A stretch of DNA of 64,000 nucleotides, taken from the NCBI GenBank assembly GCA_902790595.1, contig CADASL010000002.1:137384-201383 (forward strand), read 5' to 3'. The stretch is from an uncultured Bacteroidales bacterium (GTDB lineage Bacteria > Bacteroidota > Bacteroidia > Bacteroidales > SZUA-534). Under the pieces are notes generated by a model that was not told where the DNA came from, did no database searches, and was given only the letters and a program-made list of their open reading frames with translations. Shown here in pieces: positions 28,433 to 37,825 of this stretch (its first letter is position 1; every line of letters begins with the position of its first letter). Made by a program: the position numbers and the translations under genes.

Positions 28433-31204
28433 CTAAAACAGCGACATCTGCTCTCCTGAACCTGTTGGCGGAACTATATCGTCGCCAGAATTATCATCGG
28501 TGTCAGTTGGAACAATCTCCTCTGGCTGTTCATCTTCCTCTGGTTCAAGCGGTTCGTCTTCTTTTATCGGTTCAATCTCCTCAATGCGCTTAACCTCGTA
28601 GGTGGTCAGGCGCTTGCCTTTGGCCGAGAAACCCTTAATGCCGATAAACTCATCGACATTGATATCCTCAGCAGGGCGCTCGGCGTTTTTGCCACCAAAG
28701 GTGACGCGGATTTGCGGCCAGCGGTGGCTTGTGAGCAGCACCAGAAGCGAGCCTTCCTCGGGGCTGATAAAGAGTTCTGTCTTTTTCGACTCGGCAATCT
28801 CGAAACGCTTGATATAGTAGAAGTTCTGCCCTGCGTCCCAGAAAACAGCGGTGAACACCTTGCCAGGCACGTACTTCTCAATGAGCAGCACATCTTCGGG
28901 ATAGTGGTTTGTCAGGTCGAACGATGTGAGTTGGAAGGTGCCGCTGCGGGTGATGACCAGAATGCGGTCGTCGCCACGGAACTCACCAACGTAAATGGCG
29001 CGCTCATCGGTGCTCAGACGCATAACCACGTCGTCGAACCAGATTTTCAGGCCGCCAAGTGTCGATACGCCCGACTCTTTGAGCACAATGCGGTGCACCT
29101 GCTGACGCGTTAGAATGTTGCCCTGACTCTGACGGCCTTTTATCATCAACTTGCTGAAATCCAATTCGAAAATATGTTTTTTCATTCCAGGTTTCGGACG
29201 CAGGTAGATTTTCACCGTTTCGGCCTCGCCGTTGGGGTTGGCAGTGAAATAGAGCACTTTCGAACCAGGTTTTTCCTGCGTCACATCATATTCGCGGTCG
29301 CGCGTAACTCCCTTAACAGCAAAGCGTTTCATATACACGGCGCCTTCTTTTCCGTCGCGGTAGATGGCGTTGTAGATGGTGCGCTCGTCGTTTTTGCGGA
29401 ACACGGCCACGTGAATAATGTCCTTGCCCACGAATTTCTTGTCTTGCACTTTAGTAACCAGATATTTACCATCGGCGCGGAATATAATTATATCGTCGAT
29501 GTCAGAGCAGTCGCACACATATTCGTCTTTCTTCAGACTCGTGCCGACAAAGCCTTCCTCGCGGTTGCAGTAGAGTTTTTGGTTCGATTCGGCCACCTTC
29601 GCCACCTCAATGTTGTCGAAACTGCGGATTTCGGTGCGGCGGTCGCGGTCCTTGCCGTATTTCTTTTTAATCTGACGGAAATGATTGATTGCGAAGTCGA
29701 TAATATGCTCCAGATTATTCTTCACCTCGGCAATGTTGGTCTCCAAATCGCGCAAGTGAGCATCGGCTTCGTCGCTTGAGAATTTCAAAATGCGGCGCAT
29801 CTTGATTTCGAACAACTTACGAATGTCGTCATCGGTGACGGGGCGGATGAATTTATCGCTGTAAGGCTCAATGCGCTTGCGTATGTGCTTGATTACCACA
29901 TCGTAATTTTCGCCAGTTTCGTATTCCTTATCTTTATAAATGCGCAACTCGATGAACAGTTTTTCGAGCGACGAGAAGTTCCAGTCGGTCTCAAGTTCGT
30001 CGAGTTCCACAAGCAGTTCCTGACGCAACAACTCGACGGTATGGTCGGCCGAGTGGCGCAGCAGTTCAGACACGCCCAGGAAGCAAGGTTTTTCGTTCTC
30101 AATCACACAGCAGTTTGGCGAAATCGACATTTCGCAGTCGGTGAAGGCGTAGAGTGCATCGATGGTCTTGTCGGGCGAAACGCCAGGCTGCAGATAGACC
30201 ATAATCTCGACTTCGGCGGCGGTGTTGTCGTCAACCTTCTTGATTTTTATCTTGCCTTTCTCGTTGGCTTTCAATATGGTATCGATGAGTGACGCCGTGC
30301 TTTTGCCGTACGGCACGTCCTTAATCATCAGCGATTTGTTATCGACTTTCTCGATGCGGGTGCGAACACGTACCGCGCCGCCGCGCTGACCATCGTTGTA
30401 TTTTGAGACATCGATGAGTCCGCCTGTCGGAAAATCGGGATAAATCTCGAACGGCTTGCCCTGCAGGTAGAGAATGCTTGCATCGATGAGTTCGTTGAAG
30501 TTGTGCGGCAGAATTTTCGACGCCAGACCAACGGCAATGCCCTCAACGCCTTGCGCAAGCAGCAGCGGGAATTTGACGGGAAGCGCCACAGGCTCACGGT
30601 TGCGGCCGTCGTACGAGAGTTGCCACTCGGTGATTTTGGGCGAGAAAACAACATCGAGAGCAAATTTTGAAAGGCGCGCCTCAATGTAACGTGGTGCGGC
30701 CGCGCCGTCGCCAGTGAAAATGTTGCCCCAGTTACCCTGACAGTCGATGAGCAGGTCTTTCTGTCCAAGCCCGACAAGTGCTGTGTAGATGCTCGAGTCG
30801 CCGTGCGGGTGGAACTGCATTGTCTGTCCCACAATGTTGGCCACCTTGTTGTAACGCCCGTCGTCGATGCGCTTCATAGCGTGCAAAACACGGCGCTGCA
30901 CAGGTTTCAGGCCATCGTCGATGTGCGGAACGGCGCGGTCCAGAATCACGTACGAAGCGTAATCAAGGAACCAGTTCTGATACATACCCGTAACGCTCGA
31001 GATGTCGGTCAGGTCGTTGGCAAGTCCGCTAAACGGCTTCACGTTCTCAACATCGAAAACTTCCTCGCCTTCAACATCCTCGGTCTGATTCTCATCGCTA
31101 TTAAATTCTTCTGCATCAACTTCTTCCGAAGCCGATTCCTGATTTTCGTTCAGTTCCTCGTTTTCAGAATCCATTGGTGTCTTGTCATCAAATTCGTCTG
31201 ACAT
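28433..31204 (-). CDS. parC: DNA topoisomerase IV subunit A
   Basis: 923 aa with a type IIA topoisomerase A-subunit core (DGLKPVQRRVLHAM, active-site region AAPRYIEARL). It has an acidic N-terminal extension and lies immediately downstream of the B subunit. Confidence 0.75.
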   Translation of the reverse strand: MSDEFDDKTPMDSENEELNENQESASEEVDAEEFNSDENQTEDVEGEEVFDVENVKPFSGLANDLTDISSVTGMYQNWFLDYASYVILDRAVPHIDDGLKPVQRRVLHAMKRIDDGRYNKVANIVGQTMQFHPHGDSSIYTALVGLGQKDLLIDCQGNWGNIFTGDGAAAPRYIEARLSKFALDVVFSPKITEWQLSYDGRNREPVALPVKFPLLLAQGVEGIAVGLASKILPHNFNELIDASILYLQGKPFEIYPDFPTGGLIDVSKYNDGQRGGAVRVRTRIEKVDNKSLMIKDVPYGKSTASLIDTILKANEKGKIKIKKVDDNTAAEVEIMVYLQPGVSPDKTIDALYAFTDCEMSISPNCCVIENEKPCFLGVSELLRHSADHTVELLRQELLVELDELETDWNFSSLEKLFIELRIYKDKEYETGENYDVVIKHIRKRIEPYSDKFIRPVTDDDIRKLFEIKMRRILKFSSDEADAHLRDLETNIAEVKNNLEHIIDFAINHFRQIKKKYGKDRDRRTEIRSFDNIEVAKVAESNQKLYCNREEGFVGTSLKKDEYVCDCSDIDDIIIFRADGKYLVTKVQDKKFVGKDIIHVAVFRKNDERTIYNAIYRDGKEGAVYMKRFAVKGVTRDREYDVTQEKPGSKVLYFTANPNGEAETVKIYLRPKPGMKKHIFELDFSKLMIKGRQSQGNILTRQQVHRIVLKESGVSTLGGLKIWFDDVVMRLSTDERAIYVGEFRGDDRILVITRSGTFQLTSFDLTNHYPEDVLLIEKYVPGKVFTAVFWDAGQNFYYIKRFEIAESKKTELFISPEEGSLLVLLTSHRWPQIRVTFGGKNAERPAEDINVDEFIGIKGFSAKGKRLTTYEVKRIEEIEPIKEDEPLEPEEDEQPEEIVPTDTDDNSGDDIVPPTGSGEQMSLF

Positions 31205-31216
31205 ATTCTATGCTTA

Positions 31217-33178
31217 TTATTTTTCATCTTCAACCAAATCTTCCTCAATTCGCAGATTATCAATGATAAACTGTTGGCGTTGCGGCGTGTTTTTGCCCAT
31301 ATAGTACGACAGCAGGTTGGCAATACTGTCGCCTTTTTTGACATTCACTGCATCGAGACGTATATCGTTGCCAATGAAGTTTTTAAACTCATCGGCCGAA
31401 ATCTCGCCCAAACCTTTGAATCGTGTTATCTCTGCCGATGCGCCAATCTCTTTAATGGCCGCCAGACGCTCTTCGTCGCTGTAGCAGTATTTCGTCACCT
31501 TCTTATTGCGCACGCGGAAGAGCGGCGTCTGCAAAATATAGACGTGGTTCTTGCGAACCAAATCGGGAAAGAATTGTAGAAAGAAAGTAAGGATTAACAG
31601 GCGGATATGCATTCCGTCGACATCGGCATCGGTGGCGATTATCACCTTGTTGTAGCGCAGGTCGTCAAGACTTTCCTCGATGTTGAGCGCTGCTTGCAAA
31701 TTATTGAACTCATCATGTTCATACACAGCCTTTTTAGTTTCTCCATAGCAATTGGCAGGCTTACCGCGAAGGCTGAAAACCGCTTGTGTATCAACATTTC
31801 GGCTTTTGGTAATGGAACCCGACGCCGAATCACCCTCGGTGATGAAAATCGACGACTCATAGCGCAAGTCAATCTTCTCATCCGCATCAGATTTTTCAGT
31901 GACGCCTTTGGGATAGACAGCCTTAACGTCGTTCAGGTGAATGCGGCAGTCGCGCAACTTGTCGTTGTGTAGGCTTACCTTTTTAGCCTTTTCACGCGCC
32001 ATCTTTTGAATACCCGCAAGTTGTTTGCGTTTGGTTTCTTCCTCTTGTATCTTTTTGAGTAGCACGCTGGCTATTTCAGGATTCTTATGCAGGAAATCGT
32101 CAACTTCCTTCTTAATGAAATCACCCACGAACTTGTTGACGCTCACACCGCTCAATTCGTAGGTATTGCCCTTTTTGTCTTTGTCGGGCGCCATATTGGC
32201 CGAGCCGAGTTTCACTTTAGTCTGGCTCTCGAATGTGGGGTCAATGACGTTGATGGCGATGGTTGCCACAATGCCGCCGCGAATGTCAGAAAGTTCGAAA
32301 TTTTTTTGATAAAAATCTTTTATTGTACGCGAAAGATGCTCACGCAGAGCACTTTGGTGCGTTCCACCTTGCGACGTATATTGTCCATTGACAAAAGAAT
32401 AGTAATCCTCGCCGTATTGGTTGGTATGTGTGAAGGCGATTTCAATATCTTTGCCTTTAATGTGGACAATCGGATAGAGCGGTTCGGCTGTGTTACGCTC
32501 TTGCAGCAAATCGAGCAAACCGTTGCGCGACAGAAACTTCTGACCATTGAAAACCAGCGTCAGGCCTGTATTCAGGTAACTGTAGTTGCGCAGCATTGTC
32601 TCGATATAGTCCTCTCGGAAATTGTACGGACCGAAGACTGTTTCGTCAGGCGTGAACTGCACCATTGTGCCTCTGCGTTCTGTTGAAGGCACCAGGTCAT
32701 AGTCACGGACGAGTTTGCCTGCTGCAAAATCAATTTGCTTCATCATTCCGTCGCGGAACGAACGAACTGAAAATTCCGATGACAGTGCATTGACAGCCTT
32801 TATACCCACACCATTCAATCCTACCGATTTCTGGTATGAATCGGTATCAAATTTGCCGCTAGTGTTCATAATAGAGACAGCGTCAAGCATTACACCTTGC
32901 GGGATACCACTACCATAGTCGCGAACAGTGAGTGTATGGCCTTCGAGTCGAATATCAATGGTTGTTCCAATTCCCATTTTGAACTCGTCTATCGAGTTAT
33001 CAATCACCTCTTTGATTAAAACATAGATGCCATCGTCTTGGCTGTTGCCATCGCCTAGTTTGCCAATGTACATACCAGGCCGCAACCGCACGTGCTCAAG
33101 GCCGTCAATGTGTTTGATGCTGTTGTCATCATATACACGACCTGTATTTGGGACATCGTTATTGCTACTGATTGTCAT
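31217..33178 (-). CDS. parE: DNA topoisomerase IV subunit B
   Basis: Has GHKL ATPase and Toprim motifs ([37 protein letters not shown]). The ATG at 33178 is preferred because the track's TTG start at 33199 lies inside a TATATTTG -7 box. Confidence 0.75.
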   Translation of the reverse strand: MTISSNNDVPNTGRVYDDNSIKHIDGLEHVRLRPGMYIGKLGDGNSQDDGIYVLIKEVIDNSIDEFKMGIGTTIDIRLEGHTLTVRDYGSGIPQGVMLDAVSIMNTSGKFDTDSYQKSVGLNGVGIKAVNALSSEFSVRSFRDGMMKQIDFAAGKLVRDYDLVPSTERRGTMVQFTPDETVFGPYNFREDYIETMLRNYSYLNTGLTLVFNGQKFLSRNGLLDLLQERNTAEPLYPIVHIKGKDIEIAFTHTNQYGEDYYSFVNGQYTSQGGTHQSALREHLSRTIKDFYQKNFELSDIRGGIVATIAINVIDPTFESQTKVKLGSANMAPDKDKKGNTYELSGVSVNKFVGDFIKKEVDDFLHKNPEIASVLLKKIQEEETKRKQLAGIQKMAREKAKKVSLHNDKLRDCRIHLNDVKAVYPKGVTEKSDADEKIDLRYESSIFITEGDSASGSITKSRNVDTQAVFSLRGKPANCYGETKKAVYEHDEFNNLQAALNIEESLDDLRYNKVIIATDADVDGMHIRLLILTFFLQFFPDLVRKNHVYILQTPLFRVRNKKVTKYCYSDEERLAAIKEIGASAEITRFKGLGEISADEFKNFIGNDIRLDAVNVKKGDSIANLLSYYMGKNTPQRQQFIIDNLRIEEDLVEDEK

Positions 33179-33195
33179 AGAAAATGAAAATTTCG

Positions 33196-33203
33196 CCAAA
33201 TAT
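33196..33203 (-). promoter_or_regulatory. Candidate -7 promoter box (TATATTTG) for parE-parC
   Basis: Minus-strand TATATTTG lies 18 nt upstream of the ATG at 33178. Confidence 0.45.
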
Positions 33204-33647
33204 AGAAATTTGGATTTTGGGCGGTCGGGCGATTTATCAACAACGGGGGGTTGAAAGCTGATGCAGGGCTAGAAACAGAGAGCCGCGCATTGAATTTTTG
33301 AGCCGTGCTTTTGAAGAAAAATTACCGCAAACCGGCACAATTCGATTCTATTTTGGGATATTTCCGCTGAAAAAATCAAAAATCCGCCGGTTATAGCCAC
33401 ATCAAACGAAATCGACAACCAATTTGTCTTTCAATCGATTGAAAATTGTAAAAAATACAATTATTTGAAATCCAACATTTTAAAAGTGCAATCACAACCA
33501 TTTGTAACACAAATTAGTATGATGCGATTCCGAACAGCTATCTAAAATTACAAACGAAATATCTGAAATTACAAGCCGCCACAATCGGCTCCCGGTAATT
33601 TTATCCGTACTAAATATATAATTATTGAACGCTTAATAAAATTAATT

Positions 33648-36080
33648 ATGAACACTAAACTTACTATTGCAACAATGCTTCTGTGCGGCTCGGCGATTGT
33701 GTCGAATGGCCAAGAAGCAAAAGATTCGGCAACAGCATTGCCGTTAGTATATCCGGCAGAAAACACTGGCGCCAATTTTGAAAAGCCTAAAAAACTCACA
33801 CCAAACCAAATGGAAAGTTGCGCAACGCTTCCTGACCCATTTGCCTGGTCCGACGGCTCGGGGCGGTCAGAGGATTTTGCCGACTGGGAGAAACGCCGCA
33901 ATGAGATTAAGGCTGAGGTGGAATATTACGAGATTGGAGAGAAGCCCGAAGTTGACCGCGATGATGTTGACGCCACTTTCGAGAACGGCAAACTGACTGT
34001 AACCGTTAAAGTTGGCGAAAACATAGCCACACTCTCGTCGAGCATCAGCATTCCGCAAGGCGACGGACCGTTCCCTATTCTAATCACTATGGGAATGTCT
34101 GGTTTGTCAGGCCAGTTTGAGGGATGCGCATCAATGTCGTTCAGCCACGACCAGGTGGCAAAGTACGGCAACGACAGCCAGCGCTATCCCAACGACCAGT
34201 TCAACCAACTCTATCCCGAGCTCTACGACAACGGCAACTACAGCAAATGGGCCTGGGGCGTTAGCCGCTTGATTGACGGTCTTGAAATCGCAACAGAAAA
34301 AGGGCAGCTTAAAAACATTGATTTGAAACACATTGCAGTAACCGGGTGCTCGTATGCTGGCAAGATGGCGATGTTCTGCGGTGCTTTTGACGAGCGCATC
34401 GCTCTCACCGTTGCTCAGGAGCCTGGTGGCGGCGGTGCAAGTGCTTGGCGTACAATCGCCTACACTGCCAAGAAATTCGGCATAAGTGTTGAAGGCATTG
34501 GCAACACAAACTACTCGTGGTTTATGACCAGTATGCAGAACTTCAACGGCAAGCAGGATATTCTGCCACACGACCACCACGAGATTCTGGCAATGTGCGC
34601 ACCGCGCGCCCTGCTGGTGATAGGCAACCCCGATATGGAATGGCTCTGCGACTACTCAACATACATTACCTGCCGCGCAGCTGAGAAAATCTATGAAACA
34701 TTCGGCATTGAGGACCGCTTCGGATTCGTAATTGACGGCGGACACGGACACTGCAGCTCTACTGCGGCCGAGAACGCCGCTGTTAAGGCATTTGTTCAGA
34801 AATTTATGCTTGGTGACACCACAGTCAACACTATGATTCGCACGGTGACAAGCGGCAGCAGCTACCCAACACTTGGCGATATGGACGAAGATGAATACGA
34901 GCAATGGTATGCCGAATGGAAACCAGCCGATCCTAACCGCCCGAAAGCCCGCATTGTCGAACCAACCGACGACCTTACATTCTCCGCTACGGAAGTGCCC
35001 GAAAAAATAGTCATAAAAGTTAATGTTGAAGACATTAACAATGATGTTGAGAAGGTTGAGTTCTATGTGAACGGGCGCAAAATTCAAACTGTCAACACCG
35101 CCCCGTACGTGTATAATATGACAGGAATGGATGCCGGTGTTTATAATGTATATGCCATAGCAACCGACGCTACCGGACTTTACAAAAAGACCAACACGAT
35201 AACCGTAACCGTCGAAACTCCGATTGTGGGCATTCAGAAAACAGAATTGCCACCAGTAATTGATGGTAAAGCCGATGACATTTGGAACGACGCGGAAAAA
35301 TTCTACGCCAACAACGTACTGACCGGAGCGGGCGGAAACGGTAGCAATAACTGCAGCGGCTATGCCCAACTGCTTTGGGACGACAACAACATCTACGCCC
35401 TTTGCACCGTGACCGACAACGAACTTGTTCACAATGGCGGCGATGTTTATGAAGACGACAACGTGGAGCTTTACTTCGATAGCAATAACTCGAAAGGCAG
35501 TTCCTACGATTCAGACGATGTTCAATTTTCTTTCAACTACGATAGCAAGACAGTAGCAACCATTCCATCGAACTACAACACTAAAGGTATTGATTTTGTG
35601 GTGCTGCCCACAAAGACTGGTTATAACGTTGAGGCTAGTATTCCGTGGTCAAACATTAAATGCAAAGACTTAAAATCGGATATGCTGATAGGCTTTGAGT
35701 TTATGATTAACGACGATGACGATGGCGGCACACGCGACAATAAAATCAGTTGGAATGCCACATCCGACAACGCTTGGCAGAGCGCTTTCTCATTCGGAAC
35801 AGTCAAAATTGTTGGCGAAGTTGACCCATCGAAACGTACCGCCATTGAGGAAGAATTGAAACAATTGGCGACGCTCTATCCCAACCCAGCCAGCGATTTT
35901 GTAATTGTTGACGGCATCGATGGCGAATTCAACTACGAGATTCTAGACATTGCAGGCAAAATTCAAGCTGCAGGAACTGCCAGCAAGCGCATCAGCGTGG
36001 CTGCTCTGCCAAAAGGCATTTACCTTGTTCGAATCAAAGACGGCATTTTGACTCGCAACTTGCGGTTTGTTAAAGAATAA
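33648..36080 (+). CDS. Secreted multidomain CE15-like (glucuronoyl) esterase with a CBM9-like module and a T9SS C-terminal sorting domain
   Basis: Signal peptide. VTGCSYAGKMAMFCGAFDERIALTVAQEPGGGGASAWR resembles the CE15 GCSRxG nucleophile region, and GGHGHCS the His region. PPVIDGKADDIWNDAEKF...DNVELYFD is CBM9/DOMON-like. The end LYPNPASDFV...GIYLVRIKDG is a T9SS CTD. Confidence 0.7.
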   Translation: MNTKLTIATMLLCGSAIVSNGQEAKDSATALPLVYPAENTGANFEKPKKLTPNQMESCATLPDPFAWSDGSGRSEDFADWEKRRNEIKAEVEYYEIGEKPEVDRDDVDATFENGKLTVTVKVGENIATLSSSISIPQGDGPFPILITMGMSGLSGQFEGCASMSFSHDQVAKYGNDSQRYPNDQFNQLYPELYDNGNYSKWAWGVSRLIDGLEIATEKGQLKNIDLKHIAVTGCSYAGKMAMFCGAFDERIALTVAQEPGGGGASAWRTIAYTAKKFGISVEGIGNTNYSWFMTSMQNFNGKQDILPHDHHEILAMCAPRALLVIGNPDMEWLCDYSTYITCRAAEKIYETFGIEDRFGFVIDGGHGHCSSTAAENAAVKAFVQKFMLGDTTVNTMIRTVTSGSSYPTLGDMDEDEYEQWYAEWKPADPNRPKARIVEPTDDLTFSATEVPEKIVIKVNVEDINNDVEKVEFYVNGRKIQTVNTAPYVYNMTGMDAGVYNVYAIATDATGLYKKTNTITVTVETPIVGIQKTELPPVIDGKADDIWNDAEKFYANNVLTGAGGNGSNNCSGYAQLLWDDNNIYALCTVTDNELVHNGGDVYEDDNVELYFDSNNSKGSSYDSDDVQFSFNYDSKTVATIPSNYNTKGIDFVVLPTKTGYNVEASIPWSNIKCKDLKSDMLIGFEFMINDDDDGGTRDNKISWNATSDNAWQSAFSFGTVKIVGEVDPSKRTAIEEELKQLATLYPNPASDFVIVDGIDGEFNYEILDIAGKIQAAGTASKRISVAALPKGIYLVRIKDGILTRNLRFVKE

Positions 36081-36100
36081 CACTGTTACTCTATAATTGG

Positions 36101-36137
36101 GAAAGCCGCTCCGGCAACGGAAGCGGCTTTCTTTTTG
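36101..36137 (+). terminator. Rho-independent terminator after the CE15-like gene
   Basis: A GAAAGCCGCTCCG..CGGAAGCGGCTTTC stem (one bulge) is followed by T5. Confidence 0.65.
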
Positions 36138-36144
36138 AACACAC

Positions 36145-36174
36145 AAAAAAAAACGGAGCCTCGCGACTCCGTTT
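36145..36174 (-). terminator. Rho-independent terminator after trpB2
   Basis: On the minus strand, an AAACGGAG..CTCCGTTT stem is followed by T9. Confidence 0.65.
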
Positions 36175-36201
36175 CTCTAACAATCAACGTTTTATAATCG
36201 A

Positions 36202-37566
36202 TTAAATAATCTTCTCAAGTTTCGATACGTTGCGGTCAATATCCTCCTGCGGCAACTCGAAGTTGGTCAGGTCGCCGGCCAGATACTGGTCGTAAGCGGT
36301 CATATCGATGAGCCCGTGTCCCGAAAGGTTGAACAGAATGGTCTTCTGCTTGCCTTCATCCTTGCACTTGTTAGCCTCGCGGATGGTTGCGGCAATTGCG
36401 TGCGCCGACTCAGGTGCAGGAATGATGCCCTCTACCTGTGCAAACAGCGTTGCTGCCTGGAACGACTCAAGTTGCGGAATATCAACACCTTTCATCATAC
36501 CATCTTTAAGCAACTGACTGACAATGGTTCCGGCGCCGTGGTAGCGCAAACCGCCTGCGTGGATGTGAGCCGGTGCAAAATCGTGACCCAGTGTGAACAT
36601 CGGCAACAGCGGTGTGTAGCCGGCTTCGTCGCCAAAATCGTACTGGAAAACGCCGCGCGTCAGTTTCGGGCACGACGAAGGTTCGGCGGCAATAAACTCT
36701 GTAGTCTTGCCATCGACAAGGTTGTGGCGCATAAACGGGAACGAAATTCCACTGAAGTTTGAACCACCACCGAAGCAGCCAATCACCATATCGGGATACT
36801 CGCCTGCCATAGCCATCTGTTTTTCGGCCTCAAGACCGATAACTGTCTGATGCAGAGAGACGTGGTTCAGAACGCTGCCGAGAACATATTTGCAGTTCGG
36901 GGTTTGCATCGCTAGTTCAACAGCCTCCGAGATGGCTGTTCCAAGGCTTCCCTGATAAGTCGGGTTAGCGGTCAGAATGTTCTTTCCTGCGCGTGTGCCC
37001 ATTGATGGCGATGCAATCACCTGTGCGCCATAAGTTTGCATAATCAGTCGGCGATATGGTTTCTGGTTGTAGCTCACCTTCACCATAAACACTGCCAAAT
37101 CAAGTCCGAAGACTTTGGCTGCATACGATAGAGCCGCACCCCACTGACCTGCGCCAGTCTCGGTGGTGATGTTGGTCACGCCTTCCTTTTTGCAGTAGTA
37201 AGCCTGCGCCAGAGCCGAGTTCAGCTTGTGCGAACCCACAGGGCTGACACTCTCGTTTTTGAAGTAGATGTGAGCCGGTGTGTCGAGTGCTTTCTCAAGA
37301 CCATAGGCGCGCACCAGCGGCGTCGAACGGTAGTTTTTGTACTGGTTGCGGACCTCCTCCGGAATATCAATCCAGCGGTCGGTTGTGTTCAACTCCTGCT
37401 CCGAGCAGGCGCGGTTGAACAGTCTCGACATCTCGTCAACCGTAAGCGGCTTGCGAGTCCCCGGGTTAAGCATCGGCAGTGGCTTGTTTTTCATATCGGC
37501 CACAATGTTGTACCATTGAGTTGGTATCTCGTTCTCCGTCAGGAAGAACCTCTTTTGTTTTTCCAT
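36202..37566 (-). CDS. TrpB-like PLP-dependent enzyme (tryptophan synthase beta, TrpB2 type)
   Basis: 454 aa with the long TrpB2-type N-terminus (FFLTENEIPTQWYN) and the PLP lysine region SVSPVGSHKLNSA. No other trp genes are nearby. Confidence 0.85.
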   Translation of the reverse strand: MEKQKRFFLTENEIPTQWYNIVADMKNKPLPMLNPGTRKPLTVDEMSRLFNRACSEQELNTTDRWIDIPEEVRNQYKNYRSTPLVRAYGLEKALDTPAHIYFKNESVSPVGSHKLNSALAQAYYCKKEGVTNITTETGAGQWGAALSYAAKVFGLDLAVFMVKVSYNQKPYRRLIMQTYGAQVIASPSMGTRAGKNILTANPTYQGSLGTAISEAVELAMQTPNCKYVLGSVLNHVSLHQTVIGLEAEKQMAMAGEYPDMVIGCFGGGSNFSGISFPFMRHNLVDGKTTEFIAAEPSSCPKLTRGVFQYDFGDEAGYTPLLPMFTLGHDFAPAHIHAGGLRYHGAGTIVSQLLKDGMMKGVDIPQLESFQAATLFAQVEGIIPAPESAHAIAATIREANKCKDEGKQKTILFNLSGHGLIDMTAYDQYLAGDLTNFELPQEDIDRNVSKLEKII

Positions 37567-37610
37567 TTTTTGATAGTTTTTAATTGATGTTTAAATGTAC
37601 CTTCAGAATA

Positions 37611-37646
37611 TTAAAAAAGCCCGCAAGTGGAGTGCTTACGGGCTTA
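37611..37646 (-). terminator. Attenuator terminator in the trpB2 leader
   Basis: On the minus strand, a 10-bp stem AAGCCCGUAA/UUGCGGGCUU with a 9-nt loop is followed by a U-run. It ends about 45 nt before the trpB2 ATG. Confidence 0.65.
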
Positions 37647-37668
37647 AATCTTACAACAAACCGACGGG

Positions 37669-37734
37669 CTAATCCTCCACTTTAATTTCGGACTGGCGCC
37701 ACCACCACTGTTTGCTGTTCAAATTGTTTACCAT
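37669..37734 (-). CDS. Putative trp leader peptide MVNNLNSKQWWWRQSEIKVED
   Basis: 21-codon ORF with three consecutive TGG codons (37707..37699). It is followed within about 25 nt by the terminator and sits directly upstream of trpB2. Confidence 0.6.
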   Translation of the reverse strand: MVNNLNSKQWWWRQSEIKVED

Positions 37735-37825
37735 TTTGTTTTTATTAACGCAACGAAATAAATGTTTTTTGGCGAAAGTGCAAAACGTTTTTTCAGCGGA
37801 TACGAGATTTGCGCACAAACGACAT

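Noticed and set aside
33569-33901. 110-aa minus-strand ORF overlapping the start of the CE15-like gene.
   Set aside because: It is antisense to the signal peptide and N-terminus of a well-supported gene, and has no independent support.
37611-37646. The hairpin was first read as a simple terminator of the WYL regulator gene.
   Set aside because: It lies 180 nt beyond the WYL stop. It is preceded by a 21-codon WWW ORF and overlaps a complementary alternative helix. It is better explained as the attenuator of trpB2, though it may also terminate WYL transcripts.
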